Of a DNA stretch of 64,000 bases, positions 22,709-34,443 are shown one piece after another. Under the pieces are notes generated by a model. It was given only the letters and a program-made list of their open reading frames with translations. It was not told where the DNA came from and made no database searches. Positions within the stretch are counted from its first letter, which is position 1. Every line of letters begins with the position of its first letter. This DNA comes from Macrostomum lignano (taxonomy: Eukaryota), in assembly GCA_002269645.1 (NCBI GenBank), contig NIVC01001092.1, positions 152,136-216,135 of the forward strand. Direction: 5' to 3'. The translations under genes were made by a program, and so were the position numbers.

Positions 22709-24867
22709 GCGCGTGACCGCCCGACCCCCAGCGGCATCAGCTGTTGCGGCAGGATCTGTCCCCAGTCCCTGAGCCGCCCGCTTTCGCAGATCCTGTCATC
22801 AATTTTTATTGCACTGTGTAGATCTGTTGAGCTCCTCATGCGCTTCCATTGACACTGTCACGATTGCGCCTCTCCCAGCCGATTGAGAGAGGGGGAATCA
22901 GTTAATAAAGCGCCAAGCAGCTGTCAGAGCTACGGCTTCTAGTAGCAGATCTCTAATGATCTTTGCCCCGAGAAAAGCAGCCTATCTACTTCCGCCGCTT
23001 CTGCTGTAATTGGATGCACTGCTTGCTTGCCTAGAAGAGCAATATTGTCAGTGATTTGGATTAACACGGGACAATTGTTGCATAGGCTAAATTCGTGAGG
23101 CAAAGTCTCAAGCAGCTTAATCCGAGGCCTGTCTAATTGAATGGCTACAAGATGATTAATTTTGATTAAACCAGAGGTTTAATTGGCATGGAATTTGGCT
23201 GGGGGAAATCTTGTTTATCTTGCTAAAATGCTTCAGTTGTCTAGGCAGGGCAGGATGAAAGTGCTCGTGCACTTCTATTAGATAAATGCAGCGAATAATT
23301 GGCTTTTTGAATTTCACCATACATGTAGTGATGTAGGAAGGCAAACAGGATGTTCAGGGAGCTCGAAAGCTAGCATCTGGACTGGATTTTTTAAAAGAAA
23401 ATCGACTACAGCGTCCATCTACAATTCAGTCCGTGTGTTTGACAGGCCGAAATTTTCGGAAAGCCCACAAATAAGGACCACTAATCTAGCAGACAGAAGC
23501 TTGAGCCATCAGTTCCGGCCAGTGCTTTGAGATGCCAATCCCTGAGAGCATTCCCCTCAATTGATACGGTTTCTTCTGTCCACTCCTATTTGCTTGTTTA
23601 TGGCTTGATGCCAAGTCAAGCCAAGCTCCTCACTGTGGACAGGTTTCCCACCGGACACTGCGGCCAATATATTTCAAATGCATAAAATTATCATACGAAT
23701 AGCAGCTATGGACCCATTATTTCAGCCTGGATTAGAGTACTTACAATTCTCGCACATTGCTCATAGTTTCAATCGAACTGCGCACCTCGGTTGAATCGAT
23801 ATTGATATGCCTCTACTTGGTATTAAGTTCAGTAAGAGCTTCTGTACATTTATTAAAGCGCTCAGAACTTTATGTTTGCTCCGCTGTAGCTAAATATGAC
23901 AGTACTACTTACTACTCATATTGAAGTAGTATAATTGGCGTGTGTATTAAGTAGTTGAGTTCTAAGGACCAAGTTATCAAAGACGAATCACAAGAGTGAG
24001 AATCTAAGGACCCGGTTCTCAAGGACGAATCACAGGGGCGAGGATCTAAGGGGCCCATTTTTAGGAAAGATAAATAATTATCCAGTTTATCAGTTTAGGA
24101 AAACCAGAAGCTCGAGGTACAATTCACTAAATAATTTAGTTCTTCTCTTTAAAGCAAAAGCGCAGCGCAGAGAGCTGCGAGATAAACTAAAAGTGTTTCA
24201 ATATTTTTGTTGTTTATTGCAAATTAACTGTCGAAGGAAAATGAGAACAGGGAGTTACAACGGAATGCTCTAATACTGAGGATGCAAGCAGGTTCAAGCG
24301 GTAATTTCGGCTCATGCTATGCAAAGAAAGTTGCATAATAGTCGCCGCCGCAGACAGACAAATAAAACCGATTATTCACGCGTGTATAATTATTGTCGTT
24401 ATAAATATATGAAGGTAAAAACTATTAGCGACAAAAGCATCGCTAATACTAACAGTAGTAAGATTGCGGACAACACAAAGACTTCCAATATATAGATTAT
24501 AAAGATAATGTGTATATATAAACACAACACAATATAGAATGTGAATTAGCAGGAAAACAAATGCTTATTGTACAAATGTAACCTATAGCTAAAATACGAC
24601 AATGTCTACTGGCGAGTAGAGGGAAATGATAATAATGATGATAAGCAATCGACATTCCAAGAAAGTTCAGCCTTGGTAATAAAAATATCAGATAAAAATC
24701 GTTTCAGGGCCTTTCCGACTGTAAAGTTTTTCTCCGGCCAGCAACTAAAAACTACAGGTTTTTTAGCAGGCAATCTGTGCAGCAAATTAAAAAGCCATCA
24801 TGACAGTGCGGCCCATTAAAACAAAATTTTATTTACAAAACAATTATATAATATGCTTTGAGGATTT

Positions 24868-25220
24868 AGACGCAAAGGGGAGCGGACTTTTGGGGGAGCG
24901 GATTGTAGGGGGCGGATTTTGGGGGGAGCGGATCATAGAGGGCGGATTTTTGGGGGAGCGGATTGTAGGGGGCGGTTTTTTGGGGGAGCGGATTGTAGGG
25001 GCGGATTTTTGGGGAAGCGGATTGTAGGGGCGGACTTTTGGGGGAGCGGATTGTAGGGGCGGATTTTTGGGGGAGCGGATTGTAGGGGCGGACTTTTGGG
25101 GGAGCGGATTGTAGGGGCGGATTTTTGGGGGAGCGGATTGTAGGGGCGGATTTTTGGGGGAGCGGATTGTAGGGGGCGGATTTTTGGGGGAGCGGATTGT
25201 AGAGGCGGATTTTGGGCAGA
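24868..25220. repeat. G-rich minisatellite, ~29-30-bp unit GGGGGAGCGGATTGTAGGGGCGGATTTTT
   Basis: Period 29 (ATTGTA at 25021 and 25050); two G4-6 runs per unit. Confidence 0.95.
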
Positions 25221-25689
25221 GTGTCTCATCATTACAGATGCAAAAGTTTTGGGCGCAGACTAAGTGAAATTTAAGTCTAGATTAAACGAGATTTGTAGCA
25301 TGCAAAACAGAGTTCAACTGAAGAGAGTTGAAGCAATAATACAATGCTTGTAAATTTCAATTTAACATCAGAAGCAGCAATAATAAAAAGATTGCTAAAG
25401 TGAAACGAGCTGGCAGCCGAAACAAAACAGACTTGCAGACAACAGAAAATTGTGTTCTGAGACACTTCCATTCTAAACCAATGCGTACTTAAATACTGAA
25501 TAACAAGCCAAGGAGCCGTTAAGTATTTTTGAAGGCCGATTTTGCAGTGACAGCATATTTGCTTCTGGCTGATCTTTGACATCAACTAGAGAGTGACAGC
25601 TCAGTCAATTTCTGAGCGAATGCTCGATTGATGGCGTGAACAGAGGATAATAAGTGGTCTAATGATAGTCTGTTGTCTTATAACTCACT

Positions 25690-26420
25690 GCTTATCCCTC
25701 AGTGACTCCGGACTTATCCCTCAGTGACTCTCAGTGCTTATCCCTCAGTAACTGACTCTCAGTGCTTATCCCTCAGTGACTCTCGGTGCTTATCCCTCAG
25801 TGACTCTCAGTGCTTATCCCTCAGTAACTGACTCTCAGTGCTTATCCCTCAGTGACTCTCGGTGCTTATCCCTCAGTGATTCTCAGTGCTTATCCCTCAG
25901 TGACTCTCAGTGCTTATCCCTCAGTAACTGACTCTCAGTGCTTATCCCTCAGTGACTCTCGGTGCTTATCCCTCAGTGACTCTCAGTGCTTATCCCTCAG
26001 TAACTGACTCTCAGTGCTTATCCCTCAGTGACTCTCGGTGCTTATCCCTCAGTGATTCTCAGTGCTTATCCCTCAGTGACTGACTCTCAGTGCCTATCCC
26101 TCAGTGACTCTCAATGCTTATCCCTCAGTGACTCTCGGTGCTTATCCCTCAGTGACTCTCAGTGCTTATCCCTCAGTAACTGACTCTCAGTGCTTATCCC
26201 TCAGTGACTCTCGGTGCTTATCCCTCAGTGATTCTCAGTGCTTATCCCTCAGTGACTGACTCTCAGTGCCTATCCCTCAGTGACTCTCAATGCTTATCCC
26301 TCAGTGACTCTCACTGCTTATCCCTCAGTGACTCTGAAGGCTACAACTCAGTGACTCTTAGTGCTCAGCCCATAGTGACTCTCAGTGCTACCCCTCAGTG
26401 ACTCTCAGTTCAGCGTCAGC
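25690..26420. repeat. Minisatellite, 24-bp unit CAGTGACTCTCAGTGCTTATCCCT (3' of the CEPT1 stop)
   Basis: Tandem units; same family as the array at 27070-27580. Confidence 0.95.
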
Positions 26421-26570
26421 TTCAGTGAGACTGGGATCTCTAGAGCACCAGAGGCTACTACTCCCCTCCGCACCTGCGTCCTATCTCATCAATAAAAAGT
26501 CGGCCTCCAAACCAGACTCAACAGCTAGTGGTCCTTGGAATCGCCCGATAACAAGCGGACAAAGCGTTAT

Positions 26571-29500
26571 TTAAGAAATTCGCAGCACTTGAACGCCCAG
26601 ATAAGCTGCAATCTGGCGGCACACACGGCCAGAATATACGGCGCAGTCAGCAGCCGCGGCGACCGACACCCCCCAGCCGACTTGGCCTTCGGTCAGGCCG
26701 AGCCACCGATGACCGACGCCGATGCCAACTGCCAGCAGGGCCGGCCAGACTAGGCAGAGGTCCAGAGTTCGAATCGATGACCGGGTCATCTGGGCTATGA
26801 TCAATCGTTGGCAGGTTTTCACAGCCGGGGCGCCCAGAGCGAATGCCAGCAGGCAGGGGTGGCGATGCAGCGCGCCGGTGGAGACCGCGGCGCCGGCGGC
26901 AGCTGCCGACAAAAGTGACAGGGCCAGCCAGGCCAGGCCGGGCCCGAGGCGCCCGCTGCCGGCTACGCTGAGACCGCCGGGCGTCGCCACGGAGACGGTC
27001 AGGCGGCACACAAGAGGAGCCGAGGCCAGGACGGTGGAGACCGGCTGGAGAAATGGGGAATTGAATGTGAACTCTGTGACTCTCAGTGCTTATCCCTGTG
27101 ACTCTCAGTGCTTATCCCTGTGACTCTCAGTGCTTATCCCTCAGTGCTTATCCCTGTGACTCTCAGTGCTTATCCTTCAGTGCTTATCCCTGTGACTCTT
27201 AGTGCTTATCCCTGTGACTCTCAGTGCTTATCCCTCAGTGCTTATCCCTGTGACTCTCAGTGCTTATCCTTCAGTGCTTATCCCTGTGACTCTTAGTGCT
27301 TATCCCTGTGACTCTCAGTGCTTATCCCTCAGTGCTTATCCCATCCCTAAGTGACTCTCATGCTTATATTTGTGACTCTTAGTGCTTATCCCTCAGTGAC
27401 TCTCAGTGCTTATCTCTGACTCTCAGTGCTTATCCTTCAGCGACTCTCAGTGCTTATCCTTCAGCGACTCTCACTGCTTATCCCTCAGTGACTCTCAGTG
27501 CTTATCCCGCGACTCTCAGTACTTGTACCTCAGTGACTCTCAGTGCTTATCCCTGACTCTCAGCACGTATCCCTCAGTGAACTGGAGCTTAGCCCTAAAT
27601 TAGCCACTCACTGCTGCTGTCTATTTAGCTGTGCACTAACCGCAGCCAACTCTGCTTAACCAGCCCAATCCAAGACCCGCGCTAACCAGGCAGTGCCGGA
27701 CCCGCAGCCAGGGCAGGCCAGCCGCCGGCTGCAAGTCCCAAACGCCGACGCCAGCGAATGCAGTGGCCAAAAAGACGGCCATGGCAGCCGCTTGAGCTTC
27801 GGTGACGTCAACAAAGCCGAATTGCAGGCGGCCGCTGTTATAGCCGAGCCAGTGGGCGGCGTAGAACACAGTCTGGGCGGCGCCGATCATGAATAGCAAC
27901 AGGTGGGGCTCCTCGCCTAAGCCCGCGGCAATGCAGACGCACAGGCACAGCAGCAGGGTGTTGGCCGCGTCGCAGCCGTGATCGAACAGCTCGCCTAAGG
28001 GGCTGGCCGTGCCCGTTCTGCGATTAGTGAAGGGGGGGGGGGCAAAAGGTGAGGTCTTTAGCTTCCTTGGGATAGGGGTATTTAAACTCATTAGGATCTG
28101 ATTGTCTAGAGGCTCATAGAGACCGGGATCTTCAGACTCCTGAGCATCATTGAAACTCTCTGAGACCCTCCAAAAGAAGTCTAAAGAGCTGCAAGGAGGC
28201 TAGATCTACAGACACAAAAGAGTCTCAATAATACTGGGATCTACAGACACAAAAGAGTCTCAATAATACTGGGATCTACAGACACAAAAGAGTCTCAATA
28301 ATACTGGGATCTACAGACACAAAAGAGCCTCAACAATAATGGGATCTACAGACACAAAAGAGTCTCAATAATACTGGGATCTACAGACACAAAAGAGCCT
28401 TAACAATAATGGGATCTACAGACACAAAAGAGTCTCAATAATACTGGGATCTACAGGCACAAAAGAGCCTCAATAATAATGGGATCTACAGACACAAGAG
28501 CCTAAAAAATAATGGCAAAAGAGTCTCAACAATAATGGGATCTACAGACACAAAAGAGTCTCAATAATACTGGGATCTACAGACACAAAAGAGTCTCAAT
28601 AATACTGGGATCTACAGACACAAAAGAGCCTCAACAATAATGGGATCTACAGACACAAAAGAGCCTCAACAATAATGGGATCTACAGACACAAAAGAGTC
28701 TCAATAATACTGGGATCTACAGACACAAAAGAGCCTCAACAATAATGGGATCTACAGACACAAAAGAGTCTCAATAATACTGGGATCTACAGACACAAAA
28801 GAGTCTCAATAATACTGGGATCTACAGACACAAAAGAGTCTCAATAATACTGGGATCTACAGACACAAAAGAGCCTCAACAATAATGGGATCTACAGACA
28901 CAAAAGAGTCTCAATAATACTGGGATCTACAGACACAAAAGAGCCTTAACAATAATGGGATCTACAGACACAAAAGAGTCTCAATAATACTGGGATCTAC
29001 AGGCACAAAAGAGCCTCAATAATAATGGGATCTACAGACACAAGAGCCTAAAAAATAATGGCAAAAGAGTCTCAACAATAATGGGATCTACAGACACAAA
29101 AGAGTCTCAATAATACTGGGATCTACAGACACAAAAGAGTCTCAATAATACTGGGATCTACAGACACAAAAGAGCCTCAACAATAATGGGATCTACAGAC
29201 ACAAAAGAGTCTCAATAATACTGGGATCTACAGACACAAAAGAGCCTCAACAATAATGGGATCTACAGACACAAAAGAGCCTCAACAATAATGGGATCTA
29301 CAGACACAAGAGTCTCAATAATACTGGGATCTACAGACACAAAAGAGCCTCAACAATAATGGGATCTACAGACACAAAAGAGCCTCAACAATAATGGGAT
29401 CTACAGACACAAAAGAGCCTCAACAATAATGGGATCTACAGACACAAAAGAGTCTCAATAATACTGGGATCTACAGACACAAAAGAGCCTCAACAATAAT

Positions 29501-32347
29501 GGGATCTACAGACACAAAAGAGTCTCAATAATACTGGGATCTACAGGCACAAAAGAGCCTCAATAATAATGGGATCTACAGACACAAGAGCCTAAAAAAT
29601 AATGGCAAAAGAGTCTCAATAATAATGGCATCTACAGACACAAAAGAGTCTCAATAATAATGACATCTACAGACACAAAAGAGTCTCAATAATAATGGGA
29701 TCTACAGACACAAAAGAGTCTCAATAATACTGGGATCTACAGGCACAAAAGAGCCTCAATAATAATGGGATCTACAGACACAAAAGAGCCTAAAAAATAC
29801 TGGGATCTACAGACACAAAAGAGCCTCAACAATAATGGGATCTACAGACACAAAAGAGTCTCAATAATACTGGGATCTACAGACACAAAAGAGCCTCAAC
29901 AATAATGGGATCTACAGACACAAAAGAGTCTCAATAATACTGGGATCTACAGACACAAAAGAGCCTCAACAATAATGGGATCTACAGACACAAAAGAGTC
30001 TCAATAATACTGGGATCTACAGGCACAAAGAGCCTCAATAATAATGGGATCTACAGACACAAGAGCCTAAAAAATAATGGCAAAAGAGTCTCAACAATAA
30101 TGGGATCTACAGGCACAAAAGAGTCTCAATAATACTGGGATCTACAGACACAAAAGAGTCTCAATAATACTGGGATCTACAGACACAAAAGAGCCTCAAC
30201 AATAATGGGATCTACAGACACAAAAGAGTCTCAATAATACTGGGATCTACAGACACAAAAGAGCCTCAACAATAATGGGATCTACAGACACAAAAGAGCC
30301 TCAACAATAATGGGATCTACAGACACAAGAGTCTCAATAATACTGGGATCTACAGACACAAAAGAGCCTCAACAATAATGGGATCTACAGACACAAAAGA
30401 GCCTCAACAATAATGGGATCTACAGACACAAAAGAGCCTCAACAATAATGGGATCTACAGACACAAAAGAGTCTCAATAATACTGGGATCTACAGACACA
30501 AAAGAGCCTCAACAATAATGGGATCTACAGACACAAAAGAGTCTTAATAATACTGGGATCTACAGGCACAAAAGAGCCTCAATAATAATGGGATCTACAG
30601 ACACAAGAGCCTAAAAAATAATGGCAAAAGAGTCTCAATAATAATGGCATCTACAGACACAAAAGAGTCTCAATAATAATGACATCTACAGACACAAAAG
30701 AGTCTCAATAATAATGGGATCTACAGACACAAAAGAGTCTCAATAATACTGGGATCTACAGGCACAAAAGAGCCTCAATAATAATGGGATCTACAGACAC
30801 AAAAGAGTCTCAATAATACTGGGATCTACAGACACAAAAGAGTCTCAATAATACTGGGATCTACAGACACAAAAGAGCCTCAACAATAATGGGATCTACA
30901 GACACAAAAGAGCCTCAACAATAATAGGATCTACAGACACAAAAGAGTCTCAATAATACTGGGATCTACAGACACAAAAGAGCCTCAACAATAATGAGAT
31001 CTACAGACACAAAAGAGTCTCAATAATACTGGGATCTACAGACACAAAAGAGCCTCAACAATAATGGGATCTACAGACACAAAAGAGTCTCAATAATACT
31101 GGGGTCTACAGGCACAAAGAGCCTCAATAATAATGGGATCTACAGACACAAGAGCCTAAAAAATAATGGCAAAAGAGTCTCAATAATAATGGCATCTACA
31201 GACACAAAATAGTCTCAATAATAATGACATCTACAGACACAAAAGAGTCTCAATAATACTGGGATCTACAGGCACAAAAGAGCCTCAATAATAATGGGAT
31301 CTACAGACACAAAAGAGCCTAAAAAATACTGGGATCTACAGACACAAAAGAGCCTCAACAATAATGGGATCTACAGACACAAAAGAGTCTCAATAATACT
31401 GGGATCTACAGACACAAAAGAGCCTCAACAATAATGGGATCTACAGACACAAAAGAGTCTCAATAATACTGGGATCTACAGACACAAAAGAGCCTCAACA
31501 ATAATGGGATCTACAGACACAAAAGAGTCTCAATAATACTGGGATCTACAGGCACAAAGAGCCTCAATAATAATGGGATCTACAGACACAAGAGCCTAAA
31601 AAATAATGGCAAAAGAGTCTCAATAATAATGGCATCTACAGACACAAAATAGTCTCAATAATAATGACATCTACAGACACAAAAGAGTCTCAATAATACT
31701 GGGATCTACAGGCACAAAAGAGCCTCAATAATAATGGGATCTACAGACACAAAAGAGCCTAAAAAATACTGGGATCTACAGACACAAAAGAGCCTCAAAA
31801 ATACTGGGATCTGCAGACACAAAAGAGCTATAATGACACTTGGATCTGCAGACAGAAAAAAGCTACGAGACTGGGATCTACAGACACACAAAGCCTCAAA
31901 AATACTGGGATCTACAGACACACAAAGCCTCAAAATACTGGGATCTACAGACACACAAAGCCTCAATAATACTGGGATTTACAAAGCCTTGAAAGCCACT
32001 CACCTCCGCGCCTGTTTCCCATCGAGAGCGTCAAGAGTCTGATAGCTGAACAGGGCGACAGCGGCATAGAGGCACAGCCAGGCCGGTGGATTCTGCCTGG
32101 CATCTGGGCAGAGCCACAGCATGAGGCCGGCACTGCTGGCATTGAAGGCCAAACCAGTCAGGGTCAGCGCATTGGGGGCGGCCCGCATGGGCACCAGGCA
32201 GAGCAGGCGACGCCAAAGTGGCTGCATGACAATCTCCAGCAGGGAACTGCCGCAGGCATTGTACTTGTGCTGGGCGAGACGGCGAAGCTGACGCTCATTC
32301 AGTGGACCAGTAATGAAACGACGAGAAGGTGATGAAGGCGAAGGCAT
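26571..32347 (-). CDS. CEPT1: Choline/ethanolamine phosphotransferase (CDP-alcohol phosphotransferase), 3 exons, ~382 aa
   Basis: Exons 32347-32004, 28017-27687 (donor inferred from phase) and 27044-26571. The signature [26 protein letters not shown] is split by the phase-2 intron. C-terminal HPCLL..CRQIAAYLGVQVLRI. CEPT1 and CHPT1 cannot be told apart by eye. Confidence 0.92.
27070..27580. repeat. Intronic minisatellite, GTGACTCTCAGTGCTTATCCCT family
   Basis: Tandem units in CEPT1 intron 2, ending ~25 nt from the acceptor. Confidence 0.93.
28200..31985. repeat. 3.8-kb intronic minisatellite, 35-bp unit GGGATCTACAGACACAAAAGAGTCTCAATAATACT, with higher-order structure
   Basis: Period 35; the variant CCTAAAAAATAATGGCAAAAG recurs at 440-546-bp intervals. 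Fills CEPT1 intron 1. Confidence 0.98.
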
Positions 32348-33859
32348 TTTTGTCTACTTGTGCTGCAGACAATACTTCGCTTTAAATTTGCCTCAAGCAG
32401 CGGGGTGGAGAGGCCACAGAAAAATACACAAAGTATATTTTAGCTGACTGCTCTAACAACACACTTCAACTCGTTTTTTAGAACTGTCAGTTCTAATAAA
32501 GAATTTTGTCACTGTTTAAAACCAATCCAAGGTAAAAAAAATAACTTTTTGTGATATGTTACTTTAATTTCAATTTTCAATAGAAATATGCAAGTTTACA
32601 TTTGATTAATTATACATTGTATAATAAAATTAAGTAGAGTGAAATATTAGCCCAACTTTTTTAAGTTTAAAGTTTTAACAACTAGATAAAATATTATCAC
32701 AAGGCACAATGCAAATATTTGTATTAAACTTTTATTTTTATACTACATTTTATTTTAAAATATATCATTTGAAACCTAACTTGGACAAAGTTTAAAAATA
32801 AAATAACAAAAAAATAAATTTACAAAATGTCTTCAATGATAATTAAAAAATTAAAATTTAAAAAAAATTTCATATAAAAAATGATTGGTAACTTAATAAT
32901 TTGAAAAACAAAATAGTGACCTACATTATAAAAAATATTATTTTCTATTTATATATAGGCCTACATGTATATTTATAATACAATTGTATGCAGCTATTTA
33001 TTTAAATCAATTTCATTTTAAAGTATTTTATATCTAAAACCCTATATATTTAATCTGCTTGATTTAATATATAAAATCATATTTTTGCTTTTTATTTATA
33101 ATTTGCCATTTTTAATAAAAATTATCATTGAAAAGTACTATAGTCATTAACTATATAAAGTTAAACTATTAGAACTGTTAATCAATATAATAGGCTTAGA
33201 CTCAATTTTAAATTCTATAAAAACTTGAATAGCTTTCTTTTTAAATGCTTTCTTATAGTTATAGGTCTATTTATAAATTATATTTATTATAAGATATTGT
33301 CCAATAAAACTACTTTCAATTTTCAAAGCACTAAGTTTCAAAGTAAAAAATCGCCTAGGATTATGCCTAAGATGCTATAGGGTAGTATAGGGTAGGCCCC
33401 TATTATTGAATGAATGACCTACATAACTTTTGCCAATAGTTTTTCAAACACATCTTATAACACTATTTTAGGCCTACAACAATTAAAATTCCATAAAAAG
33501 TTTCTAAAAATGCTATGCTATATATAATATAGCTAATATAATTAAATAATAAATTAGAATAATACATATGATATTTTAAATACTAACAGACATGAATACT
33601 AAAATAAATTTAATAAACTAATATCCAAAAAAGTGCATCATGAAAGAATATCTAGATATAACTACTATGCTTATTAATATATAACTAAGCTTAGTAAAAT
33701 ATCACAATTGACATGACATCAAATAATAATTAAGAAAGGGTATGACTTATGAGAGCTGATAAGGTTTAATCAATGAATAAAACCAAAGAGATATTCGTTT
33801 TATAAGCTAGGTATAAAAGGCCAACAGCTAGATGCGTTCGATCTTATTACTACTCCGCG

Positions 33860-34035
33860 GTCGCCAGCAATAGCTCTAGCAATAGATTTTTAAAACTTGT
33901 TGTGCCACTTCCAAAATGAGTGGCTTTTATTTAAACATACTCTTTTTTGCCACCAGAGATGGTCCAAAAGCGTTTTTTCTTGTCGCCAGAGTCAACGAAA
34001 ACTGTTAGTTCTATTCTGTAGCTTTTGCCGGCGAC
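33860..34035. promoter_or_regulatory. Three RFX X-box-like motifs upstream of the dynein gene
   Basis: GTCGCCAGCAAT (33860), GTCGCCAGAGTCAAC (33982) and reverse GTCGCCGGCAAA (~34024-34035), each a near match to GTNRCC(N0-3)RGYAAC. A probable 5'UTR intron runs 34119-34431. Confidence 0.4.
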
Positions 34036-34443
34036 CACAGAGTACTCTATTCAGATAAGTTTTGCGCTCGGCCTATTCTATAGCGTAGCTTATAGCGTAT
34101 AGCTTATAGCGTATTTAGGTAAGGAAAATAATAGTTGTCAAGAGCAATCAGATGATTATGTCAAGAGGCAGTGTATGTTTTCATAAATCAGTATTTTTAA
34201 TTTAATTACTTAATTGTTTTATTAGAAGGTTTATTCAGCACATATTTGTTCGATAGAATTTTTTTTATATTTTCTTTTGATTTACTGACTGCTGTCATGG
34301 CGTTGTTATAGATATTTGAAGTTATTCAAAACTGCGTAACCGAAAAAATTTGGACCTGATACTTTACTTTTTTGTCGCAATTTATGAAGAAATTGTGACG
34401 CACTGACAGTAGAAGTTTCACCTTCCTACAGCAAGAGTGAAAC

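Noticed and set aside
21458-22839. Many overlapping repetitive ORFs
   Set aside because: Artefacts of the 43-45-bp minisatellite.
28200-31985. CRISPR-like appearance of the 35-bp periodic array (also the 41- and 45-bp arrays)
   Set aside because: Units are head-to-tail with no unique spacers, there are no cas genes, and the context is a eukaryotic intron.
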